Source: Trichosphaerium sp. ATCC 40318 (taxonomy: Eukaryota > Protista > Tubulinea). From it: a DNA stretch of 64,000 nt. Each line of letters opens with the position of its first letter. Positions within the stretch are counted from its first letter, which is position 1. The stretch lies in the NCBI GenBank assembly GCA_038496445.1, contig JALMLS010000374.1, positions 1 to 64,000 on the forward strand, in the 5' to 3' direction. Shown piece by piece: positions 40,399-51,876 of this stretch. A program made the translations under genes and the position numbers. The notes below the pieces were generated by a model. That model worked only from the letters and a program-made list of their open reading frames with translations. It ran no database searches and was not told the DNA's origin.

Positions 40399-40424
40399 CC
40401 GCTTCATTTGTGGAGACAACATGC

Positions 40425-41852
40425 TTAAAAATCAGGCCAAAAGTTTGCAACTCGTGCTTTACATCCTAGATAATCAATCATTTTCTGTGTTATTTCAGTG
40501 CCCGCACAATCAATTTCATCAAGGCTTGTTAAATTAACCACTCCATCATCGGTTATTTGTGAGCAGCTTTCTATATCCATTTTCTTAACACCAACAAGAC
40601 TGTTCACTCCTTTGTCTGTTATATGCCTGCAATTGTAAAGACTTATGACTTTAACACTGACCAAGTATCTTAAACCTTCATCTGTAATGTATGTTTCATC
40701 AAGAAAGATTGTATGTACTCCAGCAAGAGCCTTTAAAGTACTGTCATCGACACAATCAAGATATGAAATATCAATGGCTTTTACACCTGCCAATTGTTTT
40801 ATCCCATCATTTGTCACAGACGTACAACCAACCAAGTAAATATGTTGTACACCTACCAAACATGATAGAGTATCATCTGTTAGTTGCTTAAATCTACCAA
40901 TCTCAATAAAAGGTATACCAGCCAAAAGTTGCAACACATGGTTTGATAGTAGATTGCAGCCATCAAGTACAATTTTTTTAAGTTTGTTTGTTGTTTGATT
41001 TCGTGTTAGCAGATACTTTACTCCTTCATCTGTAATTCTCTTACATCTACGAAAAGATATTGCAGTTGCATTTGTTAGTGCTCTTACACTTTTATCTGTA
41101 ATGTCACATTCATCAAGTTGTATCTTGTGTACACTACCTGAAATGGCAATGATACCTTTGTCACTGATATTACTGCAACATGATAAATTAATAGTATGGA
41201 CCCCAGAGAGTGCTGCAAGTCCTTTATCTGTTACATCTGTCCCTGTTAGATTAATAGTGTGAACCCCAGAGAGTGCTTCAAGTCCTTTATCTGTTATTCT
41301 TGCGCCTGAAACATCAATTGTATGGATACCAGCAAGTTCTTGAACCCATTCATCTTTTATAATTAGTGAATGAATACCATGAAGAGATTTAAAACTGCAT
41401 TTACTTGTTTGTAAATGATGTACCCCTGAAATATGCTCTAACATAGTATCTGTTAAGGAAATAAAATCCTTTAATTCGAGGTGATGTACACCAGAAAGAG
41501 TTTTAAAGTCATCATCACCCATTCTAAAATTGCCATGAATAACTATTTTTGTATTTTTTAAAAGAGGACTTGCACACAGCATGACTAGATTTTCCCTTGA
41601 CTTGACAGTCACCGTTAAATACCCCAAATGCTCTAAAATGACTGTAGAAAAGAGTTTACAAACAAACGTGGCAGATATACGGCATTTCTTGCCCAAAAAC
41701 GCCAGAATACAAAATATAATTTCTGTTGGTAGCCAAAGCAATTCTAATGGCCTATGAATACGATTAGACAAGGTTCAGGAAGGAAGAATAAAAACCTTGT
41801 GCATAGCTGAGAAAACGTACTGTTGAGGGCTATTTGTAGATTTATTTATCAT
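40425..41852 (-). CDS. F-box + LRR protein, copy C
   Basis: Exon 1 (MINKSTNSPQ), an intron, then the F-box/LRR exon. Paralogous to 9848-11274. Confidence 0.9.
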
Positions 41853-42326
41853 ACTTTATGTACTTCTTAACAGGTGCTAGCACGTTGTACTATTGTATGT
41901 TTGCTTAAAGTTACCATACCTTAATGCCGACACTCTTTCCCTGTGTTTTTTTGGAACAAGGTGCACTGCTAGCTTCTACTTTACTATGTAGTTGGTGACT
42001 ACCCCAAGGGGCAGTAAAAAATAATACCGTAGCAATAATATTTACAGCAACAACCCACGTGTACAGTAAAAGTCGTCTCGAATAGAAAGAAAAAAAACAG
42101 CAAAGGTAAAAGAAGGAGATAAAAGAAATTGTTTTGACTGGACATGCCTGGAGACTATAAATAGATATACATCTTGCCTATTGCGTATACAAAACCTTGA
42201 AAGAGATTCAGTGTACAGGTTATAAGTACAGAAGATCAACGGTTCGGGAGATTTTGACGTTTCCGTTGTGCCATCTAATTGAAACATACTTCTTTTCAGT
42301 AAGGTTGCATTTATTAAATGTAGTTG

Positions 42327-43597
42327 CTAAGGGTACATTGCCTTTAACAAGGCGTCAAGTTGATTTCTAACTGCCTTTGGACACTTGATAACACTTAAAC
42401 CACCTTGTGCAACAGGAGTAACACAAGTGTAATACTTAACAGTACGAGAAGTTACACCTTCATACCAAGCAACTGTTTTCTTACCAAATATAGCGATATC
42501 ATCTTCTAACATAAACATAACACGCATTGATCTATCTCCATATGTGTACTTAAACTTAGATACCTTGTATATCTCGTCTACAGCTCTTACATTCATGTTT
42601 GTAGCAAGCCTCATATTCTTCGTATTCTTTAATAAAGCGATAAATCGTCCACGTGTTAGCAATGTTTTTCTATTTTTAACCAAATGTATCGTAGATATTT
42701 TGATAAAATGAACAATCTGCTTCACCTTGAGCGTCGCCATTGTAGCTGTTGTCATTACTTTACTTTTAAGGGAGGCTATCCTAGCAGCAGGCGTAAAAGC
42801 GAAAGCAATCAATGCATCCATTCCTACATATCCAATAAACTTGCAAACTGCGTGAGGTTTCTCAGCTGAGTTCAGATTTCTATAATTAGAAATATGTGTT
42901 TCAAAGAATTTCTTGATATTCGGTATACCATACTTCAATATACCATCCAACCTCTGTCCGTCGCTCTTCCAACGCGTTTTAATAATGTTACGGTAATGTT
43001 TTGAAAAAGGAGCAGCTAGCGTATATCCAATACTCTTGATATCGCGAACAAATGTTGCAAACCAGTTTTTTTGAAATCTAATAAACGCTCCAAAAAGTTT
43101 TGGAGAATCCCTGATTAATAGCGGTAATTGCGATAAAGATGTATAAGCACCTTGTCGCGCGCCTGCAAGACAAGTTGATACCTGCATTGTGAATATCTCT
43201 TGAGGAGTAGCATACCTAGGACCAGCTGAAGCAAAAACAGTCAGTTTTTTGTTGCATTGAAAGCTTGTATACGAGTACCTCCTGCTATTGCCATACATTG
43301 CCTCATTAGCAAAGATGCATGAACGAACATAACCTTCTTCGATCCAAGCGCGTTCTTGTGCCTTTGTTCGACCATTCTCACCTCCGAGACGTAAAGTGGT
43401 TTACCCCTAAGCGTATGCGTCTTTGTTTTCAAAAACTCAACCTTATCGCTTTGCGATAAAATGTACGGGTTCTTATGCTTCGTCAATTCGTGTAGGCTTT
43501 TATAAATGTACACATTTCTTGTTGGCTTTGTTATGCACGCTGTATGTGCTAACAATACTACAGACAACAAAACTAGAGCTTGACTAGCTAATGCCAT
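42327..43597 (-). CDS. Secreted basic protein of unknown function
   Basis: Signal peptide MALASQALVLLSVVLLAHTA. Intron 43226-43278 (GTACTC...CTGAC...TTCAG) joins the two ORFs in frame. Confidence 0.7.
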
Positions 43598-44299
43598 AGT
43601 TGCAGGAAAGTTTGGCAGCTTTTTTGGCGAAGGTCCTGCTTAATGTGGTACCAAAAAAGATGTTCACTTTCCTTATTCGCTTATTCCAGGTTTGCAATTT
43701 TCTATTAATTCAGTTATTGGTCCGTGATCTTATAGTCTATTGGGATGTTATTATGTCCAGTTTCACGAGAAAGTGTCCGAAAAAACGCGTTGGGTCGAAC
43801 AGCTGTGTTGCGAGTTTTATGCCTTAGTTAAGCTATAAAAGCTGAAGAAACTTCGCGTGTGGCATAAGGTGCACAAAACTCGCTCTACAGGTTTTATTTC
43901 CCTTTTGATTAAAATTCCTCTGCTGGCGCTCTAATTGATATAGTAGTACTCTATGCGCGTAGTAGTAGTGTATAAAGCATAGAGTAATACGGACATCCTC
44001 GAAACCTATTCAAGAAGTCACTCGAATTTTATATACACCACGAGAGCCATACACTTACTAGAAACGCTCATTTAATCTCTTGTAACATGTTCATGTAATA
44101 AACATTAAACTATTTACACAAGCATGTCACAACATCTCTTTCACCCAATGACAGGAAATTCGCACAATTTTAGGCTTATTTGCCGGAAAGCGACCAATTT
44201 TCAGCTTTTCGAAGAAAAACATACATGTTTACGTGGATACATATGTCTTCGGACAACAAATGAAATGTCACCAGATAGGTTTATTTTAAAATCTTTACA

Positions 44300-46174
44300 C
44301 TAATCTATTACTTTTAAAACTGTATGTATTGTATTTCCTCTCCTAAGTTTCTTTTCGTACTCAAAGTTTCTCTCATTGTGCTTTGGGCATCCTTTTTCTT
44401 TGTAAGAAGCAAGACGAGTTTCATACTCCTCTGGATGCCTTGTATAAAGTCATTTTTCATAAAAACAATTTAATTGCTTTTTGACGTACTTGGCTTTGCA
44501 GTGTCTATACAGATCGCTGAGGGTCATAAACCGTTTTCTGTCAATATCGCACATGTAATGCTTATAATTTTGCATATGATGGCATCCTACATTTACTACC
44601 AAATGACATTTTGGACATTCTTGTTTGTCAGTTGCGTAGTAATGTCTACCACGTTTTTTCTTAAGTCTTATACTCTTTGTTATGTTATGCTTTTGACCTT
44701 GTTTAACCTTTGATATTAATACAAGAAGCCTTTCATGCTTTGATTTCAAGTGTTGTTGTAAATGAGCATAGCGTTTGAATCCTAAAAACAAGTTTTAAAA
44801 AAAAGGTATTAGGGTTTTTGTTCTGCTTTGCAATAGTTTAAGATCTCGCCTTTATTCGCCCTATGGATTTAAACACGTACGTTTAACACAATGACGACAT
44901 TTATACTTCCTTACTGTAGTAATATGCTGCCTCAATTGAGCCTTTGTTGCAAACTTTTTCCCTGTTATTAAACACGTGAATGGTTTTTCAGGTTGTTCCT
45001 CAACAACTTTTCTTTTTCTATCTTGGATGCTCTGTAGTAACGATATAGATGTTTCATAACGCTTTAAAGAATAAAATATTAGAAAAAGAAATCCTCTAGG
45101 CGTTGTAACAATAAAGCACGTGCAAAAAAAACAATACCTTTCCAGTGTGAACATTGCAAAACGATTTTTTCAACGACCATTCAACAAAGATGCCTTGGTT
45201 CTTTTTTTTTATCTTCTCAAAGTCTGACATGAATACATCCTGAATATAACATACAGTAAATCTAACAAATCCACCATTACTAAGCCATGCTTTTACGTCT
45301 TCTTTCTTAGATTTTTCGCAATTAATAAAAAAAGTTGTATCATTTCTTATCTTGAACATTCTTCCAAAGTAGTACGATATTGGTGGTTCTATAATAGTTG
45401 TATCTTTGTCTTCTGGTAAGGTTGTTGCTTCAGGAAGTTTTTTGTTGTATCTGTTAAAATGGACATATTGTTCTTTGCGAAAACGATTTCGTTGAAAACT
45501 CGCTTTTAGTTTGTTTTCTTTGGCGTGCTTTTTAGCTATTTTTATAGCTTGAATGTTTGCTTCTGTCTCGCTTATCAATTTTTCTAATGTCTTAACACCT
45601 CCAAGAGGTTCATCGTGTACTTCCTCCAGAGGTAGAGATGGTAGTTCAGGAGAGAAAATTTCGTTGAGATTAAGTGAAACATCTTGGCAATTTACGTTTT
45701 TGAATGTTACTTTCAACGACGACAAAGGTGCCCCTGAAGAAGGCACAACTGATATAAGATAGTAACCATATTTTGTAGTTTGTATCTCACCAAAATTGGC
45801 ATTAAACCCTGTTGCAAAGTGTTAAAAAAAGCTCAAACTTTTTTTTTGGTAGCAGAATATGTTGACAAAAAAGACGCACGTGTGCCGTCAGGTGATGATG
45901 TAAGACCGAAGTGGTTTGGCGTTATGCTGTACTTTGAAAAAACACAATCTATACTTGCATTAGAGCCCACATGGCAAAACAGCGAAAAAAAAGTGTAATT
46001 TATTGTAAACGCGTTTCGAAAGTGTGATGGGTTTTATTACGCATGTTTGTACGTACCAGTGAGTGTTTTAGATACTCCAGATACGTTACAACCTTGTGGT
46101 GGTTTTGGTTGGCAGTTAATCCGCCAATGTTCTTTGTTGTTGATGCTAGGTTGTGTGCTTGCCGTTGTAGTCAT
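44300..46174 (-). CDS. C2H2 zinc-finger protein
   Basis: KPFTCLITGKKF...LRQH, YKCRHCVKRFKRYAHLQQHLKSKH and YMCDIDRKRF...LYRHCKAKH. Confidence 0.8.
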
Positions 46175-46463
46175 ATTTAGTGAGTTCTGGGTTTAATTGT
46201 TACTTTCTAGTGCCAAGGGCATGCAAGACGGAAAAGAGTTCGAAGGTTTAAACGAATTTTGTGGATTTATTCAAGTTTTTTTTGTGACTTAAAATATCGT
46301 TACTTTTGACTTGTCGTAGCTGTGCGTCATCACGAAGATGTGTACCACTATTGCATGATATTGACAAGATTACAGCGCCGTTTATATTGTGCCACCACCA
46401 AAAGTACGGTTTCTAATGTCAATGAGCGCCTAGTAACCTATTCTACGCATAGGCAAAGTCGTC

Positions 46464-48225
46464 ATGGCAGAATGGGCGGATGAGTTTCGCGAACGGACAC
46501 AATTAAACGTTGTAGCGCAAGTGAAGAAAGTACGTGGCCTCAGTAAAGATAAATACTGGGTGTCGCCTATTTTGCAAGAAAAATACAAAAACTCTTTTGG
46601 AGAAGCTCTAGTAAACGTAAAGAGCGTCGAAGATATGAAAAAGCGCGTTTTACAAGCTAATACGACACTCAAATATTCTTATACATAAAAACAGAGTGGT
46701 GAGCGTTTGCTGTGAGATGGACATACCTGTTACAATGCGTGGATGTGCTACAGGCACACAAGGCCAAGTACGTCGCGTTTAGTGAGACAAAAGGACGTAC
46801 ACTAACGTTTTGTTGTAAAGAGCATACCTTCTAAAGGAGGTGTTATAGTGGATACTACAATGATGTCGAAGACGTTAGAGATGGATACTGAGGAAGGAAC
46901 AATAAGATGTCAAGCTGGCAAACTCATGACAGATATACAAGAAGAGGCTATCGTGAAGGTGAGCGATATCACGTGCCGTTTTGTGTAAAAACTTTTGTTA
47001 ACTTCTTTTAAAGGGATGGGATCTACGATTGTTCCCTGCTACTCATACAGCTACAATTGGTGGATTTATAGCTTCTAGTATCGGTGGTGCTGGTAGTTTG
47101 AATTATGGTACAGTCGGAAGAGTACTACAAGGCGGGAATTATTGATTTTGATAAGGATTTATGCAAGATGAAGGAAACGTCAATGCATTGCAGATTATGA
47201 CTGTTGAAGCTGATCCCAAGCTCATAAATATCAAGCCTGAAGACATAACAAAATTCTGTGGCGCACATGGACGCAATGGCATTATTACTGAGGTCGAGTA
47301 CGTACACAACAGTTAGTTTTCTACTTACAATTTTTTTGTAGAATTCCACTTGCGCCATTACGCTCTTGGGTTGATTTCATTGTTGCTTTTGAAGACTTTG
47401 ATAAAGGTATTGCTTTCACTCAAATGATAGCAGATACGCCAGGTATCAAAGCACGTGGTGTACGTACTTTTTTTTCGGAACTGGAAATTTTTGTGTGATG
47501 TGCACAACTAAGTATTTCCTCTCTAGCTTACAGTACATGCTTGGCCTGTACCTCATATTTTAGCCAGTCACCCTGTTTATAAAAAAATATCGAATGTACC
47601 TTTACAAAACCACCATTGGGCTATACTTCAAGTAGCAAAGAGTACAATGAACATTGTAGCTTCTTTAGCAAAAAAGAATGACATCAAAGTTATCTTTTGT
47701 CAACCTCAAACATCACAAGAAAGCTATCCTTTCCATTTAATGACATGGTGGGGTACACAGCACTTAGCTAGACGTTGGGAAAAGGAGTTTTGGACTTATT
47801 TACCAATGATGATACCTTGTGAAGATGGAGATACGCATTTCGATAAAGTAAAGGCTCTAATGAGTGTATATGGACAAGATATACGCATGCACTTCGAATA
47901 CGGTGAGTTTAAAACAATTTGGTTGCTTGACGAGGCCAAAACTTCCATTTTTATTTTTTTGTTAGTTTCTATTTCTTATTTTCTATTTATTTTAGTGCGA
48001 CGTGGTAGATCTATTTCTCTTATGTTATTTCCAATGTTTAAAATTGAAAAGCTAAACAATGACTTGGAAAAAATTATGTCTCAATGTAGAGATATTGGTA
48101 TTACTAAGATTTTAAATATGCACTCATCGAACTTATCCGAAGCGTCTATTGACAATTTTGAAGAAAAAGAAAGCCTAAGAGAAGTATATGTTAAGAAGAA
48201 TATACTGAATATACCTCATGAGTGA
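46464..48225 (+). CDS. FAD-linked oxidoreductase (FAD_binding_4, bacterial-type)
   Basis: LSKDKYWVSPIL, PVTMRGCATGTQGQ, GWDLRLFP, ATIGGFI...GGAGSLNYG, GNV and HGRNGIITE. Confidence 0.85.
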
Positions 48226-48528
48226 ATAAACGGGTATAAAAGGTATAAAATCGACGTATTTGAGATGAAAGTTTGTCCAAAAAAAATTTTGATAATTTCT
48301 TATCAAGTTTTTTTTGGAATTTTCAGAATTCTTGTTTTTTGTCTTTTAGCAACTTCTCAATCGCTTTCAACTTATACTAGATTAATATACGGTACGTTTT
48401 ACATGTTTTGAATGCTTTATAGTTTCGAAAACGAACGTCAGTGTATTTTTGGCTCAAAAACTTGAAAAAAAGAGAAAATTGCTTTCAATTCAAAAAAATC
48501 GTTTGATTTCATCTTTTAAACTCAACAG

Positions 48529-50813
48529 ATGGCCTCTTCTCCTTCAAAAACAGATAAGAAATCTACCAATAGCACTAAATCTACCGACAATATCACTAAA
48601 CTGCTCATTAAACAAAACGAAAAAGGCGATTGGTTAATTCCAACCGACTTACTTCCAAAGGCTGTCAAGGACAACCAAACGTCTGAAACACTCATTGTAG
48701 AAGTAAAATCAAAGCGCAGTAGCATCATAATTCCCGACATAGTTCTAGAATGGCTTCAGAGGAGAGTACGTCAACACAAACTACAACAACTAAAATTCGA
48801 AAACCAAAACTTCAAATCATTCATATTCTCACTTCCCTTTTTCCCTTCATTCCGGAAAAATACTATCACGGTCTGTAATACGTATCTTATAACGTTGTAT
48901 CGCAACGCGGGAGAAAAAGAAAAGTGACAGTTTGCAAGAATAGACAATTGTTTTACAGGTTTTTTTTTTTGCTCAAAAATTACTTAGATACGATTTCTCG
49001 AACAAGAGGTAGACGAGAAGAAACGTCAAAAGGCTAAACGACGCTACTGGGATGAGTACGAGCATGCCCTATTCTTAAAAGGCGTAAAAACGTACGTTGG
49101 TCGCCAAGAATTGTAAAACACGCGTTGGTTTAACCAGCGAGTTACAAAAAAAAACACGCTAACACGTTTTTGTAGCTATGGCGCTCAAAACGTAAAGAAA
49201 ATTTCAGAGCTTGTTGGTAGTAGAACACCTACCCAAGTGCGCACTCATGCGCAAAAGTATTTCAAGAAACTGGCGCGTGTTCCTTGTAACCAATATCAAT
49301 GTCCCTAACAGCATTATTAGGAGCGTCAGAGCAATAAAGAGAACTATGAGCCTCCTTTAACGCCTGTTAAACGACCAACAGTGAAAAAAAGAGTGGCAAA
49401 GAAGAAGAAAACTACAAAGAAACGAAAGGCTACAGTTCGACCACTACAAAGTCGCTTTATAAAAAAGAGAAAGAAGGATACAAAGAAAAAGAAGGAAAGT
49501 AAAAACAAACGCCAACAGCTCACCAAAAAGCCAACCAAGGCGCTATGCCTTCCAGCGCTCTCTCCAGCGCAACCACCGATTGTCTCTTCAACGCAGATAC
49601 CAGTGATCTCTCCAACGCCTCCAGCTCAACCACTTGTGGCCACTCCAACGCAAATACCAGTGATATCTCCAACACAAGCTCAAACACCCTCCCCAAAGAA
49701 AGTCTCAGTAGTCTCAACGCAGATACCAGTGATTTCTACAACGCAACCTCCAGCTCAACCACTTGTGGCCACTACAACGCAAATACCAGTTATAACTCCA
49801 ACGCAACCTCCAACACGCGCTTCGGTACCATCTCCAAAGAAATCTTCAACAATGCTCTCTCCAACGAAGGCTCCACTTGCATCTCTAGTGCGCCCTACGA
49901 AAGCAACAACAGAACCTAATATACCCAATCGCGAACGATTGCCTCAGCCAGCTTTTAGCTTTCCTAATCCGTTCACGGTAACCACACGCGATGCGAGTGT
50001 ATTTGGTGCTTCCCTAGAGTTAAATAACCAACTTGAAGAAGGTACTGATCCGTTGTCCACAGTAGGCTTCTTACATATCTTCCATCAATAGCATACCGTT
50101 TGGCTCATTCTCCTATTGGGCGGGTACTTATTTCTAGCTACGAAGCGTCTATTGGCAAGGCAGATGTGCGTTTCTTAAGTGAATCTTTGAGAACGGTTTT
50201 TCTTACCTTGTTTTTTGTCTAGCAACTAAGATACATACAGTGGCGTATTGATTGTACCTTCAATGTTCCAAACGGACAAACAGCAGCTTCTATAAGGTGG
50301 ATGTACGTCATTCTTCTCATAGTTTATATTTCTGGTGCTGACGTTTTTCTTTTCAAGCACTGATGCCTTAGCCTTGCTCGCTCCTTTTCGATTCTTGTCT
50401 ACGACTATACCAGTAGTAAATCAACCACCACCTATGTATATGCCAACCCTACAAGCTAATGTGATGCCACCACATTTCTTCAATAAGCATGTGGGCAGGG
50501 TACTTTTTGACCCTTTTTTTTGTAACCTTTGTAGCTTATCCTTTGTTAGCCGTGTATGGATCAAGTCAATACATATCTTAGAGAATATATTACTCAAAGT
50601 CCTACAAAGACTGAATCGACTGATGACATGAGCGGTATGTTTGGTGGTTTTTTTTTTATCTTGACTATCAGCTCTTGATTAATTTCGCTCTTAGTTGACT
50701 ATGTGCACATGTTTCTTAATACCTCTCCTTCCAAGTCACCTATGAAGACTATTGAGCGTTCACCTATCAAGCAAGAAAAGACTTATCCCACTCCCAAGCG
50801 TTTTCCAATGTGA
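48529..50813 (+). CDS. SHAQKYF-class single-Myb transcription factor
   Basis: RYWDEYEHALFLKG...ISELVGSRTPTQVRTHAQKYF, followed by a Lys-rich stretch and a Pro/Thr-rich repeat region. Confidence 0.85.
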
Positions 50814-50958
50814 ACAAACGTGCCGTTAGAAATGTAAATAAAACTTTGTATTCTCACATTCCTACTGAATCCCATCTTGAACGTTTGATGGGACCACGTA
50901 TAAATACTTAACCTTATCGAGCTAAGTCAGACTTGTTCTCACAGCGAAGCATCATAGC

Positions 50959-51639
50959 ATGTCAAAATATCAAGGTGGTAAGGCCTTTGGCCGTATGAAG
51001 GTGAGTCTTGATGAATTATGAAAAACAAAAATAACTGACTTTCTTATCTCGCTTTATGGTGCTAAAAACCGCTTTCCCACACTATCACATAGAGTTTTTG
51101 ATAATTAAAAATAACACTAGTTTAGACACAACAAGAAAAAGAGTTAGATTCTATCGTTGAGACGTTTTTGAGTCAAGAAGACTATAAAAGTGAATACCCT
51201 GACCTTGAAGAAAAACTTGAGGCGTACAAAAAGCAGTTCGTGGAGTTTGATGAAGACAACTCAGGTGATATTGATATTATGGAGCTTAAGAGGATGATGG
51301 AGAAGCTTGGACAGGCAAAGACGCACCTAGAACTAAAAAAGATGATCGCTCAAGTGAGTAACGTTTTTTTGTTTTTGAAACGCTTTCGTAAATCACGTGA
51401 TTTATAACTTATTCGATGTAAGGTTGACACAACAAACTCGGGAACTATTTCCTTTACTGAGTTTTTGAATATGATGTTGGGTTCTAAATCTTCGGTTCTC
51501 AAGGTATGTCCCATTGTTTAATACCATGTGGATTGCTCACTAGCGCTTGTAGCTTATTCTCATGTTTGAAGAAAAGAAAAAAGAAAAGGCAAAACCAGTC
51601 GGCCCACCTCCTAAAAAGTCCCTAGCTGACTTGCTATAA
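50959..51639 (+). CDS. AIF1: Allograft inflammatory factor 1 / IBA1-like EF-hand protein
   Basis: QGGKAFG...FVEFDEDNSGDIDIMELKRMMEKLGQAKTHLELKKMI...MMLG.KSSVLKLILMFE...GPPPKKSLADL. Confidence 0.9.
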
Positions 51640-51876
51640 ACGAGTTTCAACATATGCCTTCAATTTTGTATAAAATAAATACATTAGGAACTAGAGAAAC
51701 CACTTTGTCAACGAAATAAATTAAGTTACGATTCTCCGTTTCTGGCATTGTGTAAATAGCTAATAGCACTATATAAATACCACGTGCGCTTATATTCACT
51801 GTTTGCATGACACTAAAACTGAGTGGCTTAAATCATGTTGAAGCCACTTACCTAAACAGTTCGTACGACCCAAATC

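Noticed and set aside
43226-43300. Apparent frameshift between ORFs 43241-43597 and 42327-43298
   Set aside because: It is resolved by a canonical 53-nt intron.
49273-49320. Additional GC-AG intron in the Myb gene
   Set aside because: An in-frame GT donor 6 nt downstream is equally possible, so it was not counted.
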